A stretch of 64,000 bases of DNA from Octopus sinensis (GCF_006345805.1 NC_042999.1:8866001-8930000), one strand, 5' to 3'; shown: positions 26,990 through 40,315, counted from the stretch's first letter. The notes: generated by a model not told the origin, from the letters alone. Translations and numbers: made by a program.

Positions 26990-27183
26990 AATGGCTTCAA
27001 ATTTTGGCACAAGGCTGGCAGTTGTGGGGGTGGGTGTAAGTGGATTACATCGACCCCAATGCTGAACTGGTACTTAATTTATCGATCCAGAAAGGATGAA
27101 AGGTAATGTCGACCTCGGTGGTAAAGACGGACGATATACCACTAAGAATTTTGTCCGGTGCGCTAACGATTCTGTCCGCTCAT
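26990..27183 (-). mobile_element. SINE family A (variant tail, (ATT)n)
   Basis: Core motif; a second tail fragment at about 26870-26920. Confidence 0.8.
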
Positions 27184-27430
27184 TGCAATATGAACAACAA
27201 CTATAAAATAATTTTTTATTAGCCATGAATGATCAGTAACCAGATATAAATATGGTGGGTATTGTATCTTGATAGAGGAGACTAACACGAACAAGTAACG
27301 TCACAATTCTAAGAAACAAAATTCCTTAATTGGGTAAGCCTCACACAAACCTAAATCACCAAAACCACAAAGGCAAGAGGCCTCTGTAAGCTATCTTTCT
27401 TCTGCATGCAGGTACATATTATTCAGAGTA

Positions 27431-27818
27431 GGAGGCGCAATGGCCCAGTGGTTAGGGCAGCGGACTCGCGGTCGTAGGATCGCGGTTTCGATTCCCAGAC
27501 CGGACGTTGTGAGTGTTTATTGAGCGAAAACACCTAAAAGCTCCACGAGGATCCGGCAGGGGATGGTGGTGATCCCTGCTGTACTCTTTCACCACAACTT
27601 TCTCTCACTCTTACTTCCTGTTTCTGTTGTACCTGTATTTCAAGGGGCCGGCCTTGTCACTCTCTGTGTCACGCTGAATATCCCCGAGAACTACGTTAAG
27701 GGTACACGTGTCTGTGGAGTGCTCAGCCACTTACACGTTAATTTCACGAGCAGGCTGTTCCGTTGATCGGATCAACCGGAACCCTCGTCGTCATAACCGA
27801 CGGAGTGCTTCCATCCAT
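27431..27818 (+). mobile_element. SINE family C1, full length
   Basis: tRNA-like head with TCG anticodon loop, then body ending ..GTCGTCATAACCGACGGAGTGCTTCCATCC. Confidence 0.9.
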
Positions 27819-28510
27819 TATTCAGAGCAGACTCGTTCACACTTGTCATATTCTTTGCTCTCACCCACCTTTCACAGAATTCACTGGGCTGTATGTAGCC
27901 ATTCCATTTGCACCCGCACATTCCTTATCAAGTGTAACAATATGACAATTTTTCCTACTATAAATTGTAATAGTAGGAAAAAATTATAGTAGGAAAATTT
28001 TGATGAGGATTTGTCCGGAATGTGAAGTATTGTCCTTCACAAAGCTTCTTTCACCATGGCCAATAAACAAAGCAAAACTCCCAACCATTCTTGGCTAAAT
28101 AAATGCAGAGGTGAATGATTCTCCCGGCAGACTCTTCTGTCCTACTTGCATTAACACCTGTTCAAGACGCTTATTCCTTTTACCTGGTGATTTGCTCTCT
28201 GTTCCGGTTCACATTTCTTATCTGTGGCTTTTTTCTTTCTTTTTAACCTTTTCTCTTTTCCCCGACAGTTTTTGATCCTTTCTTCTGCAACCATTATCTC
28301 TTCTTCGTCTTGCTTCCATGGTGTTGTACGGCCTCGTGTTGTCGCAATTACGTTGGCATAACTGAGGTTTAGTCTTTCCTTAAGAGGAAGTCGCATGTGC
28401 TCCACCTTTCACTATAATCGATAAATTCTTTAGATATTGAGGCATTTTCGTCGGTTACATAAGTCAACCACAGTTATTTTCTATTCTATGTCCTTAATAC
28501 TCATTTCTTC

Positions 28511-28917
28511 TTTACTCTTTTACTTGTTTCAGTCATTTAACTGCGGCCATGCTGGAGCACCGCCTTTAGTCGAATAACTCGACCCCAGGACTTATTATTT
28601 GGATGCCTAGTACTTATTCTATCGGGCTCTTTTGCCGAACCGCTAGGTTACGGGGACATAAACACACCAGCATCGGTTGTCAAGCGCTGTTGGGGGGACA
28701 AACACAGACACACAAACATATACACACACATATACATATATATGTATATGCATATATACGACGGGCTTCTTTCAGTTTCCGTCTACCAAATCCACTCACA
28801 AGGCCTTGGTCGACCCGAGGCTATAATAGAAGACACTTGCCTAAGATGCCACGCAGTGGGACTAAACCCAGAACCATGTGGTTGGTAAGCAAGCTACTTA
28901 CCACACAGCCACTCCTG
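28511..28917 (-). mobile_element. SINE family B, full length
   Basis: Head to (AAAGAGT) tail. Confidence 0.9.
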
Positions 28918-29729
28918 AGCCTATTTACTCATTTCTTCTTTACTTTCGAAAACGCAAGAAACAAAAAATGCTGGTCGTCTCCGCCATGTTGCTTTAAACA
29001 ACAATTTCGATCATTAAAATGGATTGTTTACTTCCTTTCTTAAAATAGCGAGTGAATGTGTGTGTGTATGTGTGTGTGTGCGTGTGTGTGTGCAGTGCTG
29101 TTGTTGGTTTTTGTTATTAATAGTACCATACAATGTTGATGCTCTTAACTACTGGACTATTAATATTTTTGTGAAGAGTGCGTAGGCCATTCTGTGAATT
29201 TGAATTTGTTCGCTTTTTTTTTGTGTTTGTGTACGTATGTTCTGGTTCGCTCTTTTAGGAGTTGCTTTTTGAAGAAGCCATTTTGTATCAAAATGCAAAC
29301 AAACAAAAAACAAACTGTCCGAACACGACAGACCACACGTCTTCTCTGATGCGAGGTTCACTTCCAATGTGTCCCATGAGATGTCTTGTCAAAGCATTAT
29401 TCAGAAAAAACATTTGTTTTTCAGTTGCTGTAGTGAAAAAAAATCGAAAATCTTGGAAACGAAACGAAAACACGCATGCGCACAAAAAACAGCAACAATA
29501 ACAACAGCAACAAAAAAATAATAGTAATAATCCTACAAGAAATAATGATATTTCAAATTTTGAGTAAGACCATTAATTGCAAAGGGAGAGGCAAGTTGAC
29601 TCCATTGAGCGCGGTACTCAACTCGCCCCTATTTTGTCGACTCCGAAAGAATGTTAAGCATTCGGAATTTGAACCGGAATAAAAAATACTGTTAAGCATT
29701 TTGCCTGACGCATTAACGGTTCTGTCTTC

Positions 29730-29730
<1 letters not shown>

Positions 29731-29780
<50 letters not shown>

Positions 29781-29861
29781 TAATAATAATAATGATGATG
29801 ATGATGATAATGATGATGATGATGATTGATGATGATGATGATAATGATAATAATAATAATA

Positions 29862-29943
<82 letters not shown>

Positions 29944-29947
29944 AATA

Positions 29948-29988
<41 letters not shown>

Positions 29989-29992
29989 AATG

Positions 29993-30063
<71 letters not shown>

Positions 30064-30124
30064 AATGATAATAATAATAATAATAATAATAATGATGATG
30101 ATGATGATGATGATGATGATAATG

Positions 30125-30182
<58 letters not shown>

Positions 30183-30195
30183 TCATGATGATGAT
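29731..30195. repeat. Long compound (AAT)n/(GAT)n microsatellite
   Basis: Direct reading; source of the poly-I and poly-M ORFs. Confidence 0.97.
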
Positions 30196-30500
30196 GTCAT
30201 TTATTTGCCACCAGGGCGAAGGATGAGGGGACAATGCAAAGACAGACATAAAGTGACCTAGTTGGTTTACATAAAATAAAAAGTTTTTAAAAATATATAA
30301 GTATACACGGTATGCAATGAAAAAGAAGGGACATATATAGAGTATACAAAGGTTTAAAAAATGTGAGGGTGGGGAGGATGGTAGAGATGTAGCCCTCCTA
30401 ATACAGGATGACCTCTAAGGGTAATCGAGGAGCCCCACTGTCCGAGGTTTCCCTGAACACCGAAAGCAAGTGCTCTCTCTGACTCACAGGTCTACTCTTA
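30196..30500 (-). mobile_element. Possible non-LTR 3' UTR ending AATAAA + (ATC)n
   Basis: ..GCCCTGGTGGCAAATAAATGAC followed by the microsatellite as tail; family not established. Confidence 0.3.
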
Positions 30501-30620
30501 GATATTATTCACTGTTTCTATTTTCGCAACCCAAATGAAGAAATGCTAAGACAGAATCCCACATCACAACTGAAGCCAAATTTTAGAATCAATTATTAAG
30601 TATTAATTAGGTTTTATATC

Positions 30621-30824
30621 AAGGTGGCAAGCTGGTAAAATCGTGAGCTGGTCAAAAAGTTTAGCAGCATTTCGTCTGTCTTCACGTTCTGAGTTCAAAT
30701 TCCGCCTAGGTCAACTTTACCATTCATCCATTCGAAGTCGATAAAATAAGTACCAGTTGAGCACTGGGGTCGACGTAATCGACTTACTTCCTACCCGAGG
30801 TTACTGGCCTTGGTCCAAAATTAT
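30621..30824 (+). mobile_element. SINE family A (diverged)
   Basis: Head and core. Confidence 0.8.
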
Positions 30825-32361
30825 AAATCAATTAGGTACTAATATCAGTGTTATGTCTGTGATCTACAATCCAAAACTGTTTCTGAAAATTAACTTTTGG
30901 GCAATTGGTATCTCTCTTAAAGACTATGTTGTCCAAATAGTTAAAATAAATTCCTTTATCCGTCTTCAGAGAAACCAACAAATATAAAACAGCCAATCAG
31001 AGAAAAGACGGCTGTAAATATAGAGAAAATAAATATAGAGAAAATAAATAAAAATAGAGAGAAAATAACGTAAAAATGAAAATTTTAAGAAACTGTTTCT
31101 ACTGGGACTAAAAGGCTGACGTAATCACAAGTTGGCAACAACAGATCCTAGAACAAGGCCAGAACTTGGCAAAGAGAAATTGGATAAAAAATATCGGAAC
31201 TGGCTAAGACACCGAATATTCAGTATTGTACAAAAAGGATTATTGATCGAAGAATAAAACGAACACCTTAACAAAAGGAACTACCAGAAACGTACAAAGA
31301 ACATACGAAAAGCTGTGTGTGTGTGTGTGTGTGTGTGTGCATATACATACACAGTAGTTGAAAAGGGCTTAAGAATCGAAAGAAATCAAAGGTTGTAGGT
31401 AAAAAGTAAGAGTTGAAACAACACGGAAATAAGTTTAAAGAATATTTTAAATAATCTTTCTTTAATATTTTTATATTTGTTATATTAAGCGACTTTTATA
31501 ATATATTCCCAGTTTCGATGTGTATGTATGTCCATCTGAACAAATATTCAAAATTGAAAGCCAAAATTGAGGAAATAGAAATTAAAAATCAGAAATTAAA
31601 ACAGTTTGTTGTCATCTTCTGTGCATAGTTAAAAATACGTTTGAAATTTTTTTATAAAGTCTCTTCTTATATATGTTGTTTTAGGAATGGGTTTGGAACA
31701 CAGTTGAGTCAAATGTCCGAAAGTTCTCTTGATTTGAATAATAGACTTTTTTTGTGTCCAAAATTCTATTAAATCAAATAGCAGAGTTTAGTTATGTGTG
31801 TGCGTTGCATTAAATAAAAAAAATGGATTTAAGGATCGTCTAAAATACTGTTGGTTGTTGCCTCTATGTGTGTGAGGGTTGGATTCTATTGTCAAGGGTA
31901 CAATTTTATTGTAATTGTAGCGGTGACAGATTTCAGTCATAAAGTGTTGCTTTTTGGAAATATGTTGGCCACATGGCATAACATGCTAAAACAGGATGAT
32001 AGGATAAGAGAAAATGTGAGAAAAAACGATAAGAAAGTAGATATAAATGACAGGTTGAAAACACCGAAAAGCGAAAACAGAAAAGAGGGGGAGAATTCGA
32101 GTTAGGACCCCCTTGGTCGGTACGGCTGCTCAATCCGGAGAGGGCGTTATTTTCCAGTTCGCTAACTGGAACTTATCGATATCATTACATCTGCCGAAAA
32201 TGTCAGATCTGGAATTCAGCAGTGCAGTGGAGTGCTTAGATCTGAAAATTATTGATCTCCACCGCCTTGTTTTTTATCACATGAAACTATTAGTGGCTCA
32301 TAAAAGTTTATGAAATTACACGCACGCACACACACATATATACATGTATATATATATAATA

Positions 32362-32428
<67 letters not shown>

Positions 32429-32518
32429 GGTGGTGTGTGTGTGTGTGTGTGTATAATATATGTGTATATATATATATATATTATATATATATATTTATTA
32501 TTTATTTATATATATGTG

Positions 32519-32579
<61 letters not shown>

Positions 32580-32584
32580 CGTTT

Positions 32585-32829
32585 AAATATTTGTTGTGCA
32601 AGATTTTTTATGTGAAGTCGTGTGTTGAAACAGATATTGTTATATTTCGGAATGGTCATTTTGCCAGTTTAGCCAATAAAAACACACGCACTATATATTT
32701 GGTGTTACCTTGCTTCAGTGTTAAGATTAAGATAATGTAAAAAATGAATAACACTGAAGCAAATAACACCAAATATATAGTGCGTGTGTTTTTATTGGCT
32801 AAACTGGCAAAATGACCATTCCGAAATAT

Positions 32830-32835
<6 letters not shown>
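32585..32835. mobile_element. Short foldback between (TA)n tracts; same family as 54362-54533
   Basis: Arms about 32630-32722 and 32752-32835; shared left boundary TATATACGTT..ATATTTGTTGTGCAAG. Confidence 0.65.
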
Positions 32836-32907
<72 letters not shown>

Positions 32908-32909
<2 letters not shown>

Positions 32910-33901
32910 AATAGGATTAGCTCGTATACGAGTAGGTATATATTTGTAAAAAATGAAGTTCGAAAATGCTGCTATATTATACAATTTTTAATTTTTATAT
33001 ATACATTATAACATGGTTTCAGTTCCTGAAATGAACCTTATCAAAAAAGTTATATATAAAAAAAGATAGTTCATGCTATCAATCACAAGAAATTCATTTA
33101 TAATACACACAACGGTGTCAGACATCTTAAAGTTCATATATATAGTTTGAAGTGAGTTCGTTCATGCTATATTTTAAAGTGCATGATGCAGCGGTTCACG
33201 GTGGTGACATGCATCCAATACAAAAAACAGATCAAAGCGGCGATATGTAGTCAATACAAAAAACTGATGTTCCTGAAAGAGAGAGGAATTCATTTTTACC
33301 TTGAGCAACTGTGGTGTTCGCTGGATGATTCTGGCGAATCTTGTGAATTGTTCAGGTTTTATAACACTGTCAGTCCAGCGTAACGTGACGTCATCAACGT
33401 TTTGACCAATCGTTTCGTTAGGTGGCTTAGTCAAGCAGAACGGGACGTCATCAACATTCTGACCAATCGTGACCTATCGCTGTATTATAACTGCCTGAAC
33501 AATTCACAAGATTCGCCAGAATCATCCAGCGAACACCACAGTTGCTCAAGGTAAAAATGAATTCCTCTCTCTTTCAGGAACATCAGTTTTTTGTATTGAC
33601 TACATATCGCCGCTTTGATCTGTTTTTTGTATTGGATGCATGTCACCACCGTGAACCGCTGCATCATGCACTTTAAACATATAGCATGAACGAACTCACT
33701 TCAAACTATATATATGAACTTTAAGATGTCTGACACCGTTGTGTATTATAAATGAATTTCTTGTGATTGATAGCATGAACTATCTTTTTTTATATATAAC
33801 TTTTTTTGATAAGGTTCATTTCAGGAACTGAAACATGTTATAATGTATATATAAAAATTAAAAATTGTATAATATAGCAGCATTTTTGAACTTCATTTTT
33901 T

Positions 33902-33910
<9 letters not shown>
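32908..33910 (-). mobile_element. 1-kb foldback element in (TA)n with a promoter-like spacer
   Basis: Arms 32938-33356 and 33496-33910, near-identical; about 30-nt unpaired tail at 32908-32937. Confidence 0.7.
33357..33470 (-). promoter_or_regulatory. Candidate Pol II promoter: two (CCAAT + CRE-like) units and TATAAAA
   Basis: TGACGTCA 33386-93 with CCAAT 33406-10; GGACGTCA 33443-50 with CCAAT 33463-67; TTATAAAA on the minus strand at 33357-64. Confidence 0.4.
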
Positions 33911-33974
<64 letters not shown>

Positions 33975-33986
33975 TATATGTATATA

Positions 33987-34028
<42 letters not shown>

Positions 34029-34044
34029 ATAGATAGATAGAGAG

Positions 34045-34099
<55 letters not shown>

Positions 34100-34697
34100 T
34101 ATATATGTATGCATTTATGCATAACTGAAACTGCAGAATATGCGAATGGTGTGAGAAAACTGATGACTAAATTTTGAGCTAAAACAATATATCAGCTGAC
34201 ACAATAATACTGGAAGTTTCCTACGCTGGAATTTATGCCGAAATATGAAACTTACATATCTTAAATGAGATGACACTTAGTAATGCGATCCTTGTTTTTT
34301 AAAAAAATAGTAGGGTATAGGTTTGAGAAAAAGACATTGAAGAACCAATTTAGTTGGCCGAGAGGCTATGTAGCAATTCTTTCACTGATGCGTAAGTAAT
34401 TTGTTTAATTCAAAGGCATTCGCTTGTGTTTTTCTAATTGAGTAATATTGTATGAGTTTATAATTGTGTTCAGGGACGAGTTACACTTTAAAAGGAAGTT
34501 ATATTCGAATCTTAGGCGGCTGATGGTTATAGAAAGTGAAGTGAACTTCCGGCAAGACTAGACGGCAATACACTTCCAAACATAAATGAAGATATTTCTG
34601 ATTTTTGGCAAGATTTCATAATAAACCAGGAATGTTACATAATTCTGTTTTACCCTTTAATTCAAAAACACTCTTTTGTACCTGTTCTCACTCTCAG

Positions 34698-34776
34698 ACA
34701 ACACCTAACGCCTATTTAAATAACCATGGAAACCAGAAAAGCTATTAAGTATGGTAGCACGGCTGCTTCTGGTGGA
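34698..34776 (+). CDS. Candidate first coding exon (ATG 34726; METRKAIKYGSTAASGG)
   Basis: Pyrimidine-rich acceptor CTCTTTTGTACCTGTTCTCACTCTCAG, Kozak ACCATGG, upstream in-frame stop, donor GA|GTAAGT. Confidence 0.35.
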
Positions 34777-34995
34777 GTAAGTAAAATTTAAAAGAAACGT
34801 TGATTCTATTAGAGAAGGCACGAGACTAGTTTTATTAAGGGGAGTAGAATCAATGGAATCGATCTCAATGCATTTTATTATCGATTGTATCGAGATAACA
34901 GCAACTTTTAACCGATTCCTGTTAGGTTAGTGTAAAAAGATATTGAAGTTGGTAAGAATTAAGAAAAGTGAACGGCACTAGGGAAGATAACTCTT

Positions 34996-35225
34996 ACCTA
35001 TTTCTTTACTACCCACAAGGGGCTAAACACAGAGGGGACAAACAAGGACAGACAAACGGATTAAGTCGATTACATTGACCCCAGTCCGTAACTGGTACTT
35101 AATTTATCAACCCCGAAAGGATGAAAGTCAAAGTCGATCTCGGCGAAATTTGAACTCAGAACGTAACGGCAGACGAAATACTGCAAAGCATTTCGCCCGG
35201 CGTGCTAACGACTCTGCCGGCTAGC
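34996..35225 (-). mobile_element. SINE family A monomer
   Basis: Full head, core and tail. Confidence 0.9.
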
Positions 35226-35407
35226 TCTTACCAATCAATGATAGAAATTATTCCTGGTTGTTCTATTTGGTAGAAATATCAGCTTAGAATTTTTAAAATG
35301 TGACATTTGATAAAAGTAGTCCGGGATACACTATTCCTGAAAAATGAAAAAAATGTCAGGACATTCAGGGTATGCATATCTTAGATGGGGCCAGGCTTGA
35401 ATTTATA

Positions 35408-36269
35408 AGAGGTCTGATCAATAAGTATCCGGACTATTGACATAGTAACAAAGCTAAAGTACGCAGAGAGAAGCCGCTTTGCACGGATTGATTTTAAACT
35501 CTGTAGTGCAAACACACTAAAGTTTAATGTTCTAGGTCACTTCCGCTGTTTATAGCAATGGCTGGAAGGAACGTGTGTAGCGTGTGATCGTTGCATTGAC
35601 CAAGAAAGAGACAGTTGTCCTGATGATACCTGCTCAGAGGCTCACGCCAAGTTACAGAAAGTGTATGAACCACACACAAGTGTACGAATGGTTCAGACAG
35701 TTCCAAAAATGTCGATATTGACGAACTTCTGGGAGATCCGCAACTATCAGAACTGAGACAAACATCGCAGGTGTGAGCCCAGCTGTGAGGGGAATCGCCG
35801 AATTACCATCCGGGAGTAATCAGAGGATGTTCAGATTAGTTAGCGTTCAGTTCATTCCATTATCACTGAAGATCAGGGTATGAGACGCGTGTCTACCAAG
35901 TGCCAAAACCGATTTCAACTGACCAAAAACAAACACCAGGTTTTCAGTTGCACAAGATCTTGATTGTGTCGAGAACGATGAAAACTTTTCGGAAACTTTG
36001 CTTAGACCTCTGAGCAGGTTTACCAAGCTTTTAACAAAATTTGATGGCGATTCTCTTCTCAACTTGCTCCGTCATGATCAGTGCAACGATCACACGCTAC
36101 ACACCTTCCTTCTAAGCACTGCTGTAACTAGCGAAAGTCAGCTAGAACCTTAAAAGTTAATGCACATGCACAGCAGAGCTGAAAGTCAATTTGTGCAAAT
36201 CGGCTTTACTCTGCGTGGTTAAACTTCGTTACTATGGCAACATTCCGGATACTTAATGATCAGACCACG
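35408..36269 (+). mobile_element. Non-autonomous mariner derivative with TA duplication and about 270-bp inverted arms
   Basis: TA|AGAGGTCTGATCAATAAGTATCCGGA ... TCCGGATACTTAATGATCAGACCACG|TA; N-terminal transposase remnants (VYEWFRQF, GNRRITIRE, GMRRVSTK). Confidence 0.85.
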
Positions 36270-36899
36270 TAGGTGGGAACAAAATCAGTAAGTTGAAGTG
36301 AGTACAAAATGAGTACTTCAAAGAATATTTTACAAATGAGTAAAAATAAACAGGCGTACGTAACGTTACTTAGATATATTTCAAAATTTTAACAAAAATA
36401 CAACGGACGGAAATATCACAAAAACATAATAACCAGAAAGTTCGTAGCTTATTCCTCATCAGCCAACGTTCAAAAGGTCATCACAATTTCGCTCCTTTAA
36501 CGCTGATATTGTTCACTTTTCGTGGCGTCAGTGGCAAAAAGTCAATACATATATATGTACGACATATCAATCAATATCAGGGTAGCAAAAAATCCAATAG
36601 AAATTTTTTCGCCACCAGCGGTCTAGTGAGAAAGAAAAAATAGTCAACAGACTATATAATGTACATTCAACAATAATATTAAGGAATGGCCTTGATAGGC
36701 CATTCAACTCACTAAAACGAGCAGCCAAACTCAAACCGCTAAATAGTAGTAATTCAGAAATCAAAGGAAAATTAAAAACATTTACCCTTATCATCTTTGG
36801 ACTATGCATAGTTTCGACGTACTTTTTGGCAAACCAGCTTAATTAAATTAAATTAAATTTAATCAAGTCAATTTACCACTGGCCCGTCTCATGTCGCAC

Positions 36900-37086
36900 A
36901 TATATATGTACGACATATATATGTGCGACAAGCTTCCGTAAGTTTCCGTCTACCAAATACGCGCACAATATTTGGCCGGCCCGAGGCGATGTTAGAGGAA
37001 CCTTTATCAAGTTACCACGCAGTGAGACTGAACCCAAAACCAAGTGGTTGGGAACCAAGCTTCTTACCACGCAACCACACCTGCGC
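36900..37086 (-). mobile_element. SINE family B, 5' half
   Basis: Head motif only. Confidence 0.75.
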
Positions 37087-37170
37087 CTACGATGACTACA
37101 GCTTACGAAATTAACGCTAAAACCTGCTAATTTCTTATGAACTAATTTATTTATCTGTTTTTCTGTGCAG

Positions 37171-37221
37171 ATTTACGCTACAAAAATGAGTGGAGAGGGT
37201 TACGTGCAAAATGACATCTAA
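37171..37221 (+). CDS. Candidate terminal exon (IYATKMSGEGYVQNDI*)
   Basis: Branch-like ACTAAT 37141-46, tract TTTATTTATCTGTTTTTCTGTGCAG, AATAAA at 37271. Confidence 0.25.
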   Translation: MYATKMSGEGYVQNDI

Positions 37222-37633
37222 TCCGGCTACCCACGTTTATTTTCACTTCATTTGAATCGAATATTGGTCGAATAAATACTTTCTAGAATGGGATATAAAT
37301 AATTGCATTGATTATTAGCAATTTTTATTTGAATATTACAACGTTGTAATTAATCGGACGGATATATCCGAGTATGATGTTTTGTTCCTGGGCTACATTT
37401 CCGGCAAATTACTCTGATTCTGCAAAAAAACTAGAAATCAATTTCCTTGGCAAAAAGAATTAATTTTAGACGACCTCCTGCTTCATAACAGAGTACCATT
37501 AAAAAATGTCCCTCTTAACGGAAAACAAAGGAAGGATGTGAAAACTACGTGTCTTTTGTTAACTTGCAGCGATAGGTTACGATTGATTACATAAATGAGC
37601 GCATGACAACACACATGCAGAACTACATATACA

Positions 37634-37675
<42 letters not shown>

Positions 37676-37700
37676 ATATATATATATCTTCCTTCTTTAT

Positions 37701-37735
37701 GTTTCCGACGAAGAGCTCCGCTCGAAACGTCATAC
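37701..37735 (+). ncRNA. Minimal HHR (CCGACGA variant) in PLE-like remnant 37686-37826
   Basis: GTTT-CCGACGA-A-GAGC-TCC-GCTC-GAAAC-GTC-ATAC (one helix I mismatch). Confidence 0.6.
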
Positions 37736-37861
37736 CTCCCTGCTTCCTTTTCCTGAGCGCCTATTAATAATAATACTGTAATTGTTCCATTGTTGTTGTT
37801 TTTTTGTTTCCCGTTTGGATTAACATTATATATATATATATATATATATATTTAGATATAT

Positions 37862-38280
37862 CTGGCGGTGAGCTGGCAGAATCGTTAGCACGCCGGGCGA
37901 AATGCTTAGTGGTATTTCGTCTACCGTTACGTTCTGAGTTCAAATTCCGCCGCGGTCGACTTTGCCTTTCATCCTTTCGGGGTCGATAAATTAAATACCA
38001 ATTACGCACTGGGGTCGATGTAATCGACTTAATACCTATGTTTGTCCTTCTTTGTCCCATCTGTGTTTATCCCCTTGTGGGTAATAAAGAAATAGGTATT
38101 TCGCCTGCCGCTACGTTCTGAGTTCAAATTCCGCCGAGGTCGACTTTCCTTTCATCCTTTCGGGGTCGATAAATTAAGTGCGGGTTACGCACTGGGGTCG
38201 ATGTAATCGACTTAATCCCTTTGTCTGTCCTTGTTTGTCCCCTCTATGTTTAGCCCCTTGTGGGCAATAAAGAAATAATA
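37862..38280 (+). mobile_element. SINE family A dimer
   Basis: Two units joined at AAAGAAATAGG|TATTTCG. Confidence 0.9.
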
Positions 38281-38636
38281 TTTAGATATAACTATGTGTA
38301 GATATGTACACGTGTGTGTGCGTGTAAGTGCGGACAAATATATTTAGAGATTTAGAATGAGAGTGTGTGTGTGTGTGTGTTAGAGAGAGAGAGAGATATG
38401 TATTTATCATTCAGTTATATTTAGGCAATATTTTGTGCATATAATTAACAAGACACAAAATTAAAACTGACTCAAAGGGTTAAGGCCGTCGTGCATTGCA
38501 TTTATGGAACGCCATTTGTGGAAACGTCAGGTATCGATTCAGTTTGTGACATATAAATAATTAATTCAAATCTTTACGTATATATGGGTATATACATACA
38601 CCCACATATACATAAACATATATATGGATGTAAGCT

Positions 38637-38694
<58 letters not shown>

Positions 38695-38970
38695 CGTTTA
38701 TCTACCTGTGTATCTATCTATCTATCTGTGTGCATGTATGTATGCACGTATGGATATATATATGTATCTTTTTCTTTATATTTGAGTGTGCGTGTGTTTG
38801 TGTATGTGTGGGTGTAACTGTGTATTCTCCATGTATTAACGTATGCCCACAAAGATATGTACCTATATGTATATATAAATACATTCATACATATATATAT
38901 ATATATATACATATATACATATATATATACATATATACATACATACACACACACACACGCAAGCACACAC

Positions 38971-39061
<91 letters not shown>

Positions 39062-40315
39062 ATATAGGCACGCACTATTGCACAGTCTGATATGCAAAAC
39101 GCAAACACATATACATGGATTATGAAATAACTTTAGCGAGGAACTGATAAATCTGCTCTGACATCCGTTTATGAATCGTTTTTCGTTTTATTTTACCGTT
39201 TTTAGTCAATGTGAATATTATTTATTATTTCGAGACATTATTTAGGTTTTTGTTAGAAGTGAAACGGAAATCAAATCTCTGTTGCGGAAATTGATACCAC
39301 CTAGGGAATCAAATATTTGTTTGGAGTGACGTTATAACTTCCACTGAAAAAATTAATATTACAAACGCCAGACAATGGAGATTCTCCTATCCGGGTTGCT
39401 TCTCTTCATGCGATATTTGTGGTATCACATGTTGTCTTTTTGTTGCCATTAAATATGTCATAGATGGTAGTGTAACATCTATTTCTAGGGCGAGCGAGGC
39501 GCAAAGACATTCACGCATTGACTTGGAATAAAGTTGAAATTTTCTTTGTCATTCTTTCTTTTCTACAGATCATCTGAACAAACCAGTGATGAAAGGTTGT
39601 TGTAAGCGTAACTAGTTCTTGTTTCTGTATATCATTAATTAGACTGACAAATATATCCTTTATCAAAACCGGTTAGGGTGGAATCGGGAGAAAACTTGGT
39701 TGGTGCTTTCAAAAGGTATTTAAAAAGCGAGGCGAAGAATAAATATTGGCAACAGCATACCTGGAAGAAAAAGTATTTTTAGGACACGATATAGCTGGCA
39801 AGCAAGTGGCTAATTGGTAAAGCCATAAGTGGCAAAAATATATTTTTCCCAATACTTTCTCTGATTTGAGTTCAAATCCTGGCGAGGCCAATTTTTCTAT
39901 TTACCCTTTCGGCATTGATTAAAAATCGTTGGGTTGCCTCGCATGTTACAGGGTCAGGAAAGGAGTATTCCAGTACATGTTCTTGCGACTTTTTTTCGTT
40001 CTCGCAGCAGCAACTGTGTTGACATATGAGGCAAGCTGTATCTATCTATGTCGGAGAGGTTTCCATTGGATAAGCATCGGTAGTGGGACGAGCGGAGGTT
40101 TACTTGCATGGGGGGAAGGTTCCAGTGTTCCTCAAAAATATTTTGCACAGAGGAAATGTCAACTTTGAATGACAAAATTCATGGAGAGCAAGCAATATAC
40201 TCATCTCTCGGTGAATATACCTCCCTCTGTCTCTCTCTTACTCTCTCTCCCTCTCCCTCTCTCTCTCCTCTCCCCCTCTCTCTCTGTCACTGTCTATCTC
40301 TAACACTTTCGTTAT

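Noticed and set aside
27431-27505. SINE heads as real tRNA genes
   Set aside because: They have A/B boxes but no complete acceptor stem, and each continues into a SINE body.
28151-28405. 84-aa lysine/glutamate-rich ORF
   Set aside because: Weak splice sites, an in-frame stop just upstream of the best acceptor and no recognisable domain.
36380-36470. CTGATGA on the minus strand with a distant GAAATATATC
   Set aside because: Helix I does not pair and helix II is mostly G-U; chance.
39929-40168. ORF with a Y-x-C-x2-GF sushi-like word
   Set aside because: It lacks the other sushi cysteines and a good donor.
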